From positions 928,001-992,000 of the forward strand of contig CAWETU010000001.1 of NCBI GenBank assembly GCA_963812135.1: a stretch of 64,000 nt of DNA. The letters run 5' to 3'. This document shows, piece by piece, positions 1 through 10,728 of this stretch (its first letter is position 1; each line of letters begins with the position of its first letter). The DNA is from Vulcanimicrobiota bacterium. GTDB taxonomy: Bacteria > Vulcanimicrobiota > Vulcanimicrobiia > Eremiobacterales > Eremiobacteraceae. A program made the position numbers and the translations under genes. A model generated the notes under the pieces. That model searched no databases. It was not told the origin of the DNA and was given only the letters and a program-made list of their open reading frames with translations.

Positions 1-21
1 GTGATGCTCAGACTCGCGGAC

Positions 22-2820
22 CTAGATGTTGACGTCGAGCCGGAACCGCCCGAACGACGTCTCTGAGCTCAGCGCCGGATCGCGATCGTAATGGCGCTGG
101 TAATTGAACTCGAACCCCGGCGCGAACTGCGGCGTGACGTGCCACGAGAGCAGGCCGGTGAGCGTCGCCGTATGGCCACCGGCCGTGAGCGCGCTCATGT
201 TGACGTTCGTGAGCACGAACTTGGTCTCAAAATTGCGCGTGCCCGGCGAGAGCGGCTGGCCGCTCGTATTGGCGGCGGCCCGGCCGCCGAACGTGAACCC
301 GTAGTTGACCGTCTCCGTGACCGTGCCGGTGGACGCTGCGCTCGTCGTGTCCGTCGCGTTGAGGCCGGCGCCCAGCGTATGCGCGCCGTTCGTGTACTGG
401 TAGGTCACGACGCCGGTGCGCGTCGTCGAATACGATTCGGGCGCGAGCGAGTCGCTGACCGCTGATAGCGTGCCGGTCACGGCGATGCTCGATATGCCGC
501 TTTTCGAAATGCCGACGTTCACCGTCTTCGTGACCGCATTGGATCCAGGCGCCGCGGCCGTGTCGCGTTCCAGACCGAACGTGACGCCGGCCCATTTCGG
601 CGTGATGTTGAACGTCGCGTTCGCATTGGTGGTGTCGGAGAACAACGAACGCACGGCGTCGTGTCCGTACGTGACCGCGAGCGTTGAGATCGGCGAAGTT
701 TGCATGTTCAGCGCGGCGGCCCCGCCCGCGCGATCCGACAGCGCCGATGCGCCGCTGAGCGTGCCGAATTGCGGTCCGGCGTTATGGTACTGCACGTCGA
801 GACTCGTCGCGCCGAGCGTGTACGTGAGATCGGTCTGATCCACAGAGTCGTTGAGGGCGGGCATGCCGCCCGTCTCCGGCTGCGTATTGGACCGGCCGCC
901 GGTCAACAGAGCCCGCAGATGCGGCGTGAGCTGCTCGGTCCACTCGAAGACGCCGGCGCTGACGTCGAGCGGGCCCATCGTCCCCGTTTGCACGAATTTG
1001 TTCACGTTATCCTGATTTCGCGAAAACGCGACTCTAAACGAGTCCGCGCCCGCTTCCCATGCTTTGATCACGTCAAGAAGCTCGCCGGTCCGCTCGGTCG
1101 TGTCCTCGCTCGGCAGCTGGAAGTAGCCGCCGCCGCCGTGGAAGGTCCAACCCGACATCAACGCATACGTGGCGTCGACGCCCCGTATCGTCTCCTTGCT
1201 GCCGATGACTGAGGGCATCGCGGCGTCGGTGCGCCCGACTACATCTTTGAATGTCAGCGACGGTGTTGCGGGCGCCGGAGCGGGTGCCGGCGCCGGAGCC
1301 GGCGTGGGCTGCGGCGTCACCGCCGGCGGCGCTTGTTGCGGCGCCGAACCGCCTGTGGTGGTCTGGCCAGCCGGCGCTGGCGTCGGTTGCGGCGTCGCGC
1401 TCGTGGCGGCGATCGAATCGGGCTGCGCGTCCATCGACGACGTCTGGGTCGGGGATTGCGGCGGCTTGGTCGCGGGAGCCGTCGCCGAGCCTGACGGCTC
1501 TGGCGTCTTCATGCCACCTGGCGACGGCGTCGCTTGCGGCGAGGGCAATGGAGCCTCACTATTGGTCGGCGGCGGTGGCACGTGGCCGCTGTCCCCTTGC
1601 GTCGTCGTCGACGAGGGTGCGGCAGTTGCGTCCGGCGCGGTGATCGGCGCCGGCGTGGCCGACTGAAGTACGACGAGCGGATCGACTTTTTTGGACACGG
1701 GGTCGAACAGGCCGGTCAACAGAAGCTCTTCGGTCGACCACTCGACCGCGGTCGTCATGCCAAGGTTGACGTTGTAGCCGCCGCGATTGGTGCCCGAGTT
1801 CGTCAGGATCGCGCCGCTCGCATGGAACGCGTTGTTGATATGCGGCGCCGGATCTGGCCCGCCGATGATCTGCAGCGGCTGAGCCCGGCCGACCGCGACG
1901 GTGCCGCCTTGATTGACGCGCACGTACACGCGCACGACGTAGTTCCCACCCGCGTCCGCCGGCACGGTATAGGGGATCATCACGGTCTGCACGCTGTTGA
2001 CGTTTTGCTGCGTGAACGGCAGCGCGAATGGATCGCTGCGCTGGATGACGTTGCCCTTCGTGTCGGCAAGCTCGACGATCGCTTGCAACGGGCTGACGCC
2101 GGTCGGTCCAAGCACGAACGGCGTGAAGATCCGATAGGTCAGCGCGATCGATGTGTCTGCGCCCGCGAGCACGGGCGAGCCGACCAAGAACGACGAGTAG
2201 ACCTGACCGATCGGCACGTTGACGGGATTGGCTGAGACCGAGACCACTGCGCTCGCGAAGGTCACGCCTTCGCCGACCACCAGCAGGCGCGCCGTGTAGA
2301 CGCCCGGGTTCTGGTACCGATGCACGATTTGATTGAAAGCGGCAGGCGCGGGCGCCGACTGGCCGTCGCCGAAGTCGACGAATGCACCCGGCAACGGCGC
2401 GCCCGTCGTCGCCGTGAAGTTCACGGCTTGGCCCGCGATCACACTCGACGGATTCGCCGTCAGCGAGAACGTCGCTGGGTTCAGGATCGTCACCGAAGTC
2501 GTGGCGATCGGAAGGGGGTTGCCGGGCCGGAACAGAGTCACCGTGAAAGTGCCGGGATCCCCGTAGGAGTGCATGGCCACCGCGGGATACGCCGGCCCGG
2601 TATCTTGTGAGAACCCGTCGCCGAAATGAATAATCGTCGGTACCCCGGCCGGACCTATGACGGTGAATGAGATCGTCTGTCCGACAAGGGCGATGTTGGC
2701 GTTCGGCGTGACACTCTGGGCGTTCGCGACGACCGGCACCGACCACGCGATAAGGACCAACGCAGCCGGCAGCGCGATGCGGCGCACAAAAATGAAAAGA
2801 CCGCGCGTGAGATGCTGCAT
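22..2820 (-). CDS. Secreted PKD-domain protein with a Pro/Thr-rich insert and a probable C-terminal beta-barrel
   Basis: Signal peptide (..VVANA/Q). Two PKD-like repeats (HFGDG..HSYGDPGTFTVTL and DFGDG..HRYQNPGVYTARL). The Gly/Thr/aromatic-rich C-terminal half has alternating residues and ends RFRLDVNI. Confidence 0.65.
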   Translation of the reverse strand: MQHLTRGLFIFVRRIALPAALVLIAWSVPVVANAQSVTPNANIALVGQTISFTVIGPAGVPTIIHFGDGFSQDTGPAYPAVAMHSYGDPGTFTVTLFRPGNPLPIATTSVTILNPATFSLTANPSSVIAGQAVNFTATTGAPLPGAFVDFGDGQSAPAPAAFNQIVHRYQNPGVYTARLLVVGEGVTFASAVVSVSANPVNVPIGQVYSSFLVGSPVLAGADTSIALTYRIFTPFVLGPTGVSPLQAIVELADTKGNVIQRSDPFALPFTQQNVNSVQTVMIPYTVPADAGGNYVVRVYVRVNQGGTVAVGRAQPLQIIGGPDPAPHINNAFHASGAILTNSGTNRGGYNVNLGMTTAVEWSTEELLLTGLFDPVSKKVDPLVVLQSATPAPITAPDATAAPSSTTTQGDSGHVPPPPTNSEAPLPSPQATPSPGGMKTPEPSGSATAPATKPPQSPTQTSSMDAQPDSIAATSATPQPTPAPAGQTTTGGSAPQQAPPAVTPQPTPAPAPAPAPAPATPSLTFKDVVGRTDAAMPSVIGSKETIRGVDATYALMSGWTFHGGGGYFQLPSEDTTERTGELLDVIKAWEAGADSFRVAFSRNQDNVNKFVQTGTMGPLDVSAGVFEWTEQLTPHLRALLTGGRSNTQPETGGMPALNDSVDQTDLTYTLGATSLDVQYHNAGPQFGTLSGASALSDRAGGAAALNMQTSPISTLAVTYGHDAVRSLFSDTTNANATFNITPKWAGVTFGLERDTAAAPGSNAVTKTVNVGISKSGISSIAVTGTLSAVSDSLAPESYSTTRTGVVTYQYTNGAHTLGAGLNATDTTSAASTGTVTETVNYGFTFGGRAAANTSGQPLSPGTRNFETKFVLTNVNMSALTAGGHTATLTGLLSWHVTPQFAPGFEFNYQRHYDRDPALSSETSFGRFRLDVNI

Positions 2821-2922
2821 CTAAAAACACCCGAGGCCGTGTCGTGGACCAACCGAGTCGTCGTCCGGCGGACGTGCGCCTGTTCCAATGATTCGCCGTC
2901 CTTTCCTTTGAAAGTCCTGGCG

Positions 2923-5595
2923 ATGAGCTCGCGCTTGCTTGCTATTTGCGTTGTCACGTCGATGTTCGCAGTACCCGCGTCCGCGCGCGGCGATGTCACC
3001 GCCACCGCCGCCACGCTTTCGAACGGTTTGACCGTGATCGTCGCGCCGGTGCACGCCGCGCCGGTGGCGACGGTCGGCGTGCTGTATAAGGCCGGCTCGC
3101 GCGATGAGACGCCGTGGACGACGGGCGTGGCGCATCAGGTCGAGCACATGATGTTCAAAGGCACAACCGACCTGCTCAAGCCCGGCGACATCGACCGGCG
3201 ATTCTACGACAATCAAGCGACGACGGACCAGGACTCGACGTACTACTACGAGTCGTTCCACAAGGACGAGCTCGCGAGCGCGTTGGAAGTCGAAGCCGAT
3301 CGGATGCTCAACGCGGCGATCGATCCTGCGCAGTTGCGCGCCGAGAACGCCGTCGTGCTTGCCGAGCTGGAGAACGCCGACAACAGCCCAGCCGAGCTGC
3401 TCGATGAACAGGTCGGCGCGACCGCGATGCAAGCGCATCAGTATCACTGGCCGACCATCGGTTGGAAGAGCGTGGTCGCCACCTTCGCCACGCGGCGCGA
3501 CCTCGTCTACGATTTCTACGCGCACCACTATGCGCCGCAGAACGCCGTGCTCGTGGTGGCGGGCGACGTCGACGCCGACGCGGCTATGGCGCTGGTCCAT
3601 CATTATTTCGACGGCGTCGCGCAGCGGCCGGTTGCGCCGCTCGAGCGCATCGTCGAGCCGCGCCAGGCAGGAGTGCGCCGCTTCAACATCTCGGGTGCCG
3701 GCTCTTCGGACCGCATCGAGATGGCGTATCACGTGCCAGGCGCGTTCGGCGAGGATGGTTACGTCCTCCAAGTGCTCGATGCGGTGCTCGCGACCGGGCA
3801 ATCATCGCGTCTGTATCAATCGCTCGTCGGTGGCGGCTACGCTACCGATCTCACCACGACTCCCAATCAGACGGTCGACCCATTCATCTACACGATTTCG
3901 GCGACGCTGTCGGACGGCGTCTCGCACGACAGTGCGCGAGCCGTCGCCGAGCGCGAGCTGCGCGATCTGGCCGATACCCCCGTCTCCGACGCCGACCTGC
4001 GCAAGGGCAAGAAGCAGGTCATCGCGAGCTACGTCTATAGCCACGACGGCATCGAGGCGCTGGCGCAATCGCTGGCGCGCTGGCAGGCGTGGACGGGCGA
4101 CTGGCACAACGACGCGCGTTTCGCAGCGCGCATCGAGGCGGTGAGCGCGGCGCAGATCAGACAGTTCGCACGCCGTTATCTGGTTTCCGACAACCTCACA
4201 ATCGGCACGTACACCGCGCGAAGCTCCGGAGCGCCTGCGCCGCGCACGCGCGTCCACGGGCATCGGATGCCCGAGCGCGTGCGCATCAGGCCCTTCGCGC
4301 CGGCGCGGCTGGGCTCGCGCTCGATCGCGGCTGCCACCGAGGAGTCTTCAGCCGGCGGCCCGCAGCGCTTCGTCTTGCCGAACGGCATGATCTTGATCGT
4401 TCAAGAGAATCACGCCAACGCCAGCGCAGTCATCGAGACGAGCACGCAGGCGGGCAGCGCATTCGACCCGCCGAGCGAATCGGGACTTGCCGCGCTGACG
4501 GAAGAAATGCTGATGCGCGGCACGACGAACAGGCCCTACGACCGGCTGCAGAGCGCGTTCGACTTGCTGGCGCTCACCGTCAATGCGGCCAATTCTATGT
4601 CCGACGCGACGTTTTCGACGCAGATGCTATCGGCGGATGAGCCAAAGGCGATGGCGTTGCTCGCGGACATCTTGATGCACCCGGCGTTCGATCCCATCGA
4701 TTTCACGCAAGCCAAGGAACAGCTCATCGCGGACCGGCGCAGCGATCGCGACGATCCGGCCGTCGTCGCGCGCGACGCGCTCTTCCGCGCGCTGTATCCC
4801 GCCTCGAATCCGTGGTCGCAGCCGAGCGTCGGAACGCCAGATGGCCTCGCGCGCGTGCGACTCCGCGACGCGGTCAGCGACTATCGCGCGCACTACGGTC
4901 CGAACGACACCGTGGTCGTCGTCACGGGCGACGTCGAGGCGGATGCGATCCGCGCGCAGGTCGCCGGCATTTTCGGGAACTGGGCGCGCATCAAGGCGCA
5001 GACGATCGAATTGCGAGGCCCGGTGGCGCCGGTCGCCAGACGGATCGACGCGACCGTCGCGGGGGCGGCGCAGGTCGAACTGTACGCGGGCGCGCCTGGG
5101 CTGCCCCAAGGCGCGACGGACTACGATGCGGCGCAACTGATGAACTTCGTGCTCGGCGGAGGATCGTTTATCTCAAAGATGCTGCACCAGGTGCGCGACG
5201 TGGACGGCTACGTCTACAACATCGAGGCGCGCTTCGCCGACAGCGCGGCCGGCGGCGGGCCGTGGGTCATGTCGTTCGGCGCGAACCGGCGCGACGCAGA
5301 CAAGGCGCTTGCCGAATCGATCGGCCAGATGCGCGCGCTGCAGCGCGACGGCGTCAGCGACGCCGAGCTGGCGGACTACCGGCGCCTGGCGGCTGACGCG
5401 GTGATCACCGGCGAGCTGAGCGATCAAGGTCTTGCCGACGAGCTGCTGAGCGACGAACTGCTCGGACTCGGCCTCGACCACGCGCAACGCCTGCCGCAGA
5501 TCTACGGCGCGATCGCGCCCGCGCAGATCCAAGCGGCCGCGCAGAAATATCTTCATCCGGATGCGTTGACGGTCTCCACCGCTGGCCCGCCGTAA
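2923..5595 (+). CDS. M16 (pitrilysin/insulinase) family zinc peptidase with two fused halves
   Basis: HxxEH motif (AHQVEHMMFKG), LSNGL and LPNGM starts of each half, HYAPQNAVLVVAGD. The start is moved to ATG 2923, which begins a signal-peptide-like segment. Confidence 0.9.
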   Translation: MSSRLLAICVVTSMFAVPASARGDVTATAATLSNGLTVIVAPVHAAPVATVGVLYKAGSRDETPWTTGVAHQVEHMMFKGTTDLLKPGDIDRRFYDNQATTDQDSTYYYESFHKDELASALEVEADRMLNAAIDPAQLRAENAVVLAELENADNSPAELLDEQVGATAMQAHQYHWPTIGWKSVVATFATRRDLVYDFYAHHYAPQNAVLVVAGDVDADAAMALVHHYFDGVAQRPVAPLERIVEPRQAGVRRFNISGAGSSDRIEMAYHVPGAFGEDGYVLQVLDAVLATGQSSRLYQSLVGGGYATDLTTTPNQTVDPFIYTISATLSDGVSHDSARAVAERELRDLADTPVSDADLRKGKKQVIASYVYSHDGIEALAQSLARWQAWTGDWHNDARFAARIEAVSAAQIRQFARRYLVSDNLTIGTYTARSSGAPAPRTRVHGHRMPERVRIRPFAPARLGSRSIAAATEESSAGGPQRFVLPNGMILIVQENHANASAVIETSTQAGSAFDPPSESGLAALTEEMLMRGTTNRPYDRLQSAFDLLALTVNAANSMSDATFSTQMLSADEPKAMALLADILMHPAFDPIDFTQAKEQLIADRRSDRDDPAVVARDALFRALYPASNPWSQPSVGTPDGLARVRLRDAVSDYRAHYGPNDTVVVVTGDVEADAIRAQVAGIFGNWARIKAQTIELRGPVAPVARRIDATVAGAAQVELYAGAPGLPQGATDYDAAQLMNFVLGGGSFISKMLHQVRDVDGYVYNIEARFADSAAGGGPWVMSFGANRRDADKALAESIGQMRALQRDGVSDAELADYRRLAADAVITGELSDQGLADELLSDELLGLGLDHAQRLPQIYGAIAPAQIQAAAQKYLHPDALTVSTAGPP

Positions 5596-5599
5596 GGGG

Positions 5600-7033
5600 C
5601 TAGAGCGTGGACGACACCAGCGACACGAAGATCTGCGGGATCACACCAAGCGCGATCACCCCGGCGACGCCGACGCCGATCGGGATCCACGAGAGCAGCG
5701 AGTTGCCGATGGTGACGGGTTGTTCGCCTTCCAGCGGCGCGAACATCAGATACACGACCTTGAAGTACGCGTAGAACGACACGAGCGACCCGATCACGAG
5801 CGCGAGTCCGAGCGCGACGCCCCACGGACCGGCGCCAAAGCCTTGTTCGAGCAGCAACACCTTCCCGAAGAACCCCGCGGTGCCGGGGATCCCCGCCAAC
5901 GAGAACAAGAACAAGGACATCGCCACCGCGACCCACGGACGACGGTAGAACAGGCCGCGGTAGGCGTCCAGATCGGCGTGCGCTTCGTCGCCGTCACCGA
6001 GCAGCGCGATGACGGCGAACGCGCCGAGGTTCATGAACGCGTAGGCGACGAGATAGAACAGCAGACTCGATAGTCCGTACGCGCCGACGCCCGCGAGCGC
6101 CACGACCATGAAACCGGCTTGCGCGATGCTCGAGTACGCGAGCAGGCGCTTGAGATTGCGCTGGCGCAACGCGCCGAAGCTTCCGACCAGCATCGAGAGG
6201 ATGGCCATCAACCAGAGCGGCACGAGCGCGATGCTATCGTGGCCGAACGCGGTATAGATGAAGCGCGCGAGCACGGCGAAGGTCGCCGCCTTCACGGCGA
6301 CCGTCATGAACGCGGTGATCGCCAGCGGCGAGCCCTCGTAGACGTCCGGCGTCCACAGGTGGAACGGCGCGAGCGCGAGCTTGAATGCGATCCCGACCAA
6401 CAACAGCGCGAAGCCTGTGACGAACAGCGGCGAGAGAGCGGCGGCGGCGGGCGCCAGCGCAGCGATCGACACGCTGCCCGCAGAGCCATACAGCAGCGCG
6501 GATCCGTAGATGAGGAAGCCCGATGCGAGCGAGCCGAGCAGCACGTACTTGAGCGCCGCCTCCTCGGATGCGGGTCGCGGATAGCCGGTGCCGGCGAGCA
6601 CGTACAACGCGAGCGACAACTGCTCGAGCCCCAAGAAGATGCCGATGAGCGTCGTCGCGCCGGCCATGATCAGGCCGCCGATCGTGCAGAAGATCAGCAA
6701 CGCGGTGTACGAGCCCGGGTTGCCGCCATCATCCGCGTTGCGCAGCGACGAGAGCAACAGCGTCACCGCGAGCGTCAGGATGAGCACCGCGGAGAAGCTC
6801 CACGAGAAGCGGTCGGTGGCGAACGCGCCGTTGAGCGTCGTTTCGCTGCGCCCGTACAGCGGCGCCATGAAGAAGAACGCTGCCAAACAGCCGGCGATGC
6901 CGATGCCGTACAGCACCGTGCGCGCGACGATTCGGCTGACCAAGTCGACCATCAGCGCGAGCAGGCCGGCGACCGCCAGCACCAGGATCGGCGCCAGCAT
7001 CTGCATGTCGAAGCTCACGCCGGCGACGTTCAT
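5600..7033 (-). CDS. nuoN: NADH-quinone oxidoreductase subunit N
   Basis: EAALKY, FKLALAPFHLWTPDVYEG and KRLLAYSSIA motifs. Last gene of the operon. Confidence 0.95.
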   Translation of the reverse strand: MNVAGVSFDMQMLAPILVLAVAGLLALMVDLVSRIVARTVLYGIGIAGCLAAFFFMAPLYGRSETTLNGAFATDRFSWSFSAVLILTLAVTLLLSSLRNADDGGNPGSYTALLIFCTIGGLIMAGATTLIGIFLGLEQLSLALYVLAGTGYPRPASEEAALKYVLLGSLASGFLIYGSALLYGSAGSVSIAALAPAAAALSPLFVTGFALLLVGIAFKLALAPFHLWTPDVYEGSPLAITAFMTVAVKAATFAVLARFIYTAFGHDSIALVPLWLMAILSMLVGSFGALRQRNLKRLLAYSSIAQAGFMVVALAGVGAYGLSSLLFYLVAYAFMNLGAFAVIALLGDGDEAHADLDAYRGLFYRRPWVAVAMSLFLFSLAGIPGTAGFFGKVLLLEQGFGAGPWGVALGLALVIGSLVSFYAYFKVVYLMFAPLEGEQPVTIGNSLLSWIPIGVGVAGVIALGVIPQIFVSLVSSTL

Positions 7034-8490
7034 CCGTGCGCACCCGTCGAGATGTGCGAGGTCGCGGTCTGACCCGGCGACGGGATGCGGTCATTGAGCC
7101 ACGCCGGCCAGATGCCGAAGAAGAAGATCGCGACCAGCAACGGCACCATCAGCCAGAATTCGCGCGGACGCAGGTCGGCGATCGGCCCGACGTCGGGCGG
7201 CACGCGCAACGGGCCGTGCATCGAGCTTTGGAACAGCCGCAGCGCGTAGGCCGCCGCCAGCACGACCGCGATCAGCGCGAGCGACGTGTAGAGCGGCTGC
7301 GTCTGCCAGGCGCCGAGCAGGATCAAGAACTCACCGGCAAAACCGGACAAGCCGGGCAGACCGAGCACGGCCATCGCCGCGATGAGCATGAACACCGCCA
7401 AACGCGGGGCGCTTGCAGCGAGACCGCCGAATGCGCCGAGATCGCTGGTGCCGGTGCGCATCTCGATGAAGCCGAGCAGCAAGAAGAGCGCTGCGGCGAT
7501 GATCCCGTGGCTGACGATCATGAGGATGCCCGCGGGGATCGACGTGAAGTTGAACGCGAACAGCGCAAGGAGCACAAGGCCCAGGTGCGACAGCGATGAG
7601 TATCCGACCAGCGTCTTCGCGTTGTTCTCGACCATCGCGACCAGCGCGCCGTACAAGATGCTGCACACCGCCAAGACCAGCATCGCCGGCGCGAAGTAGT
7701 GTGCCGCTTCCGGGAACAACGGCAGCGCGAAGACGATGAAGCCGTAGAGCCCGGCCTTGCTCTGCACGCCGGACACGATCGCCATCATCGAGGTCGGCGT
7801 TTGTGTGTAGGTCGGCGGCATCCACGCGTGCAGCGGGAACACCGGCGTCTTGATCAGGAACGCGAACGCGAACGCGGCGAACAGCCAGCGGCCCAATTCC
7901 GGCGTGAGATGATACGTGTTGCCCAGCACCTCGAAGGTGTGCGCGTTCAGCACGAGACCGATGACGCCCGCCAAGAGCACCAAACCGCCGGCAAAATTGT
8001 AGATGAGGTAGATCCACGCGGCGCGCCGCGCCTGCGGCGTGCCCGTGTAGCCGACGAGCACCAAGAACACCGGGATCAGCATCAAATCCCAGTAGATGTA
8101 GAAGAGCAGCAAGTCGCCGGCGGTGAACAAGCCGAGCAGCGTCCACTCGAAGAGCAACAGCAAGACGAGATAGCCGCGCAACCGCTGCGTGTCGGCATAT
8201 GCGAACGCCGCCCAGACGGCGGGCACGGCGACGAACGTCGTCAGCAGCACGAAGAACAAGCTGAGGCCATCGACTCGGACGTGATAGTAGGCCGCAACCG
8301 CGCCGTGGATCCAGTCCAGCGATTCGTTCACGACGCCCGCAGGCGCCAGCGGCAAGAGGATGAGCGAGAGCGCGAACGTGCCGAGCGCGCCGGCGAGCGC
8401 GATTCCCTTGAGCAACGCCGTGTTGCCGCGCGGGATGCACAGCAGCACCAGCGCGAAAAGCACGGGCAGGAAGACGAGCGCGCTGATCAC
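7030..8490 (-). CDS. nuoM: NADH-quinone oxidoreductase subunit M
   Basis: VDGLSL, IKTPVFPLHAWMP and GLPGLSGFAGEF motifs, plus gene order. Confidence 0.95.
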   Translation of the reverse strand: MISALVFLPVLFALVLLCIPRGNTALLKGIALAGALGTFALSLILLPLAPAGVVNESLDWIHGAVAAYYHVRVDGLSLFFVLLTTFVAVPAVWAAFAYADTQRLRGYLVLLLLFEWTLLGLFTAGDLLLFYIYWDLMLIPVFLVLVGYTGTPQARRAAWIYLIYNFAGGLVLLAGVIGLVLNAHTFEVLGNTYHLTPELGRWLFAAFAFAFLIKTPVFPLHAWMPPTYTQTPTSMMAIVSGVQSKAGLYGFIVFALPLFPEAAHYFAPAMLVLAVCSILYGALVAMVENNAKTLVGYSSLSHLGLVLLALFAFNFTSIPAGILMIVSHGIIAAALFLLLGFIEMRTGTSDLGAFGGLAASAPRLAVFMLIAAMAVLGLPGLSGFAGEFLILLGAWQTQPLYTSLALIAVVLAAAYALRLFQSSMHGPLRVPPDVGPIADLRPREFWLMVPLLVAIFFFGIWPAWLNDRIPSPGQTATSHISTGAHG

Positions 8491-10418
8491 TGCGCCGCTC
8501 CTGCGCCGGATCCGTAGACCAAGAAGAAGTAGATGAAGAGCAGCACGGCCGCGCCGATGACGAAGGTCAGACCGTAGCGGCGCAGATAGCCCGTCTCCCA
8601 GCGGGTCGAGATCCTGCCGAAGAACCCTCCTATGCGCACCGCCAGCGCGGGCAGCGCGTCGACCGCATCGATCTCAAACGAGCTGCCCAGCGCCACGGCC
8701 AGCGCATACGTCGGTTTCTCGAAGAGCCAGTGATAGAGCGGATCGATGTAATACGCGTTGCTGAGCAGCGCGTGCACGCCGGCAAGGCTCTTGCGCGCCG
8801 CGGCGGCGACCTCAGGCCGCCATTGATACGCCAGCCAGGCGATTGCGATGCCCGCGAACGAGATGAGCAAGACGCCGAGCGAGAGCCCACCGTTGAACTC
8901 GGCCAAGCTCTGCGGCATGCGCGCGTCGCCGAACGTGCTCGCCAGCATCGCCGAGAGCTCGTCGTGGTGCGGCAAGACCAGCCAGCCGCCGATCAGCGAC
9001 AGCACCGCGAGGATGCCGACCGGCACGGTCATCGTTCGCGGCATGTCGGCGTGCACCGCATGTTCGCCGCGATACGCGCCGCTGAAGAACGTCAGGAACA
9101 CGAGGCGGAACATGTAGAACGCGGTGAGACCCGCGGCGAGCACGGCAAACGCGAACAGATACGGATGGTTCGAGGTCAGCGCGGCCTCGAGCACGGCGTC
9201 TTTGGAGAAGAAGCCTGCGAACGGGAAGATGCCCGCGATCGCCACGGTGCCGACGAGAAACGTCCAGAACGCAAACGGCAACTTGGCCGCCAGCCCGCCC
9301 ATCTTGCGGATGTCCTGTTCGCCGCCCAGCGCGTGGATGATGATGCCGGCCGCCATGAACAGCAGCGCTTTAAAGAACGCGTGCGTCATGAAGTGGAAGG
9401 CGCCGGCGGCGTATGCCCCGACGCCGACGGCTAAGACCATGTAGCCGATCTGGCTCATCGTCGAGTACGCCAAGACGCGTTTGATGTCGTACTGCACGCA
9501 ACCGACCGTCGCTGCGAACAAAGCGGTCGCTCCGCCGACCACCGCCACGATCTCGGCGGCGACCGGCGCGTTGTCGTAGATCGGATGCGATCGGGCGACG
9601 AGATAGACGCCGGCGGTGACCATCGTCGCCGCGTGGATCAAAGCGCTGACGGGCGTCGGGCCTTCCATGGCGTCGGGCAGCCAGGTGTGCAGCGGCAGCT
9701 GGGCCGATTTGGCGACCGCGCCGACGAAGAGCCAGATGCCGATCCAAGTGAGCGCCGGCGTGCCGATCGCCGCGACGTGGCTGAAGACGTTTTGGTACGA
9801 GACGCTGCCGACGTGCGCGTACATGAGGAAGATCGCGATCATGATGCCGACGTCGCCGATGACGTTCATGATCAACGCCTTGCGCGCCGCCAGCACCGCG
9901 ATCGGCCGATCGTAATCAAAGCCGATGAGCAGGTACGACGCCAGTCCGACGCCGCCCCAGCCGACGAGCAGCCACAAGAAATTGTCGGCCATCACCACCA
10001 GCAGCATCACGAACACGAAGAAGTTCATGTACGAGAAGAACGTGCGATAGTTCTTGGACTCAGCCATGTAGCCGACGGAATAAAGATGGATCAAGAAGCC
10101 CACGCCCGTGATGATGAGCATCCATAACAGCGCGAGCGGATCGATCAGCAGCCGGAACGAGATGATGAGGTTCGGCGGCAGATGGGCCCAATAGCCGGCG
10201 AAATGGCTATGGCTGTACAGCGCCTGCTGCCCCGGCGACAGTCTGAAGATGACGAACGCCACGCCGACCGTGAGCAGGAACGATAAGCCGATTGACAGAT
10301 TGGCGATGTACGCCGACGCCGTGCGCTGCACGTATTGGCCGAAGATCGCGATCGTCAGCGCGCCGATCAGCGGGAAGAACAAGATGAGCGGCGCGGCCGA
10401 GAGGAAGAAGTTCTCCAT
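8487..10418 (-). CDS. nuoL: NADH-quinone oxidoreductase subunit L
   Basis: KSAQLPLHTWLPDAMEGPTPVSALIHAATMV and THAFFKALLF motifs. Confidence 0.97.
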   Translation of the reverse strand: MENFFLSAAPLILFFPLIGALTIAIFGQYVQRTASAYIANLSIGLSFLLTVGVAFVIFRLSPGQQALYSHSHFAGYWAHLPPNLIISFRLLIDPLALLWMLIITGVGFLIHLYSVGYMAESKNYRTFFSYMNFFVFVMLLVVMADNFLWLLVGWGGVGLASYLLIGFDYDRPIAVLAARKALIMNVIGDVGIMIAIFLMYAHVGSVSYQNVFSHVAAIGTPALTWIGIWLFVGAVAKSAQLPLHTWLPDAMEGPTPVSALIHAATMVTAGVYLVARSHPIYDNAPVAAEIVAVVGGATALFAATVGCVQYDIKRVLAYSTMSQIGYMVLAVGVGAYAAGAFHFMTHAFFKALLFMAAGIIIHALGGEQDIRKMGGLAAKLPFAFWTFLVGTVAIAGIFPFAGFFSKDAVLEAALTSNHPYLFAFAVLAAGLTAFYMFRLVFLTFFSGAYRGEHAVHADMPRTMTVPVGILAVLSLIGGWLVLPHHDELSAMLASTFGDARMPQSLAEFNGGLSLGVLLISFAGIAIAWLAYQWRPEVAAAARKSLAGVHALLSNAYYIDPLYHWLFEKPTYALAVALGSSFEIDAVDALPALAVRIGGFFGRISTRWETGYLRRYGLTFVIGAAVLLFIYFFLVYGSGAGAAQ

Positions 10419-10726
10419 CAGCCTCTCATGATCGAAATGTCGTCGACGTCGGCATTGTCACGGCGCCGGAACACCATGACGACGATCGCAAGGGAGATCG
10501 CGGCTTCCGCCGCGGCGACGGTGATCACCAAGAACGCGAATACCTGCCCGGTCATGTCGACGAAATCGCGCGCGAAGGCGATGAACGCGAGGTTGCCGGC
10601 GTTCCACATCAGCTCGATCGCCATCAGCATGGTGAGCGGGTTGCGCCGCAGCAAGAAGCCGACCGTACCGGTGATGAACAGCGCGGCTGACAGCTCGAGG
10701 TAGAGGTTGAGCGGTACTTGCGGCAT
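10418..10726 (-). CDS. nuoK: NADH-quinone oxidoreductase subunit K
   Basis: 102 aa with RRN..MAIELM and TVAAAEAA motifs. Confidence 0.95.
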   Translation of the reverse strand: MPQVPLNLYLELSAALFITGTVGFLLRRNPLTMLMAIELMWNAGNLAFIAFARDFVDMTGQVFAFLVITVAAAEAAISLAIVVMVFRRRDNADVDDISIMRG

Positions 10727-10728
10727 CG

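Noticed and set aside
1731..1748. CGGTCGA-CCAC-TCGACCG hairpin resembling the family 1 stem
   Set aside because: No GTAG head, a shorter and different centre, and it is not read as GRINSTAT. Likely chance in GC-rich DNA.
3190..3250. M16 segment after HxxEH looks shorter than the usual GGxxNAxT motif
   Set aside because: The frame is intact, and natural variation cannot be told from a small deletion without an alignment.
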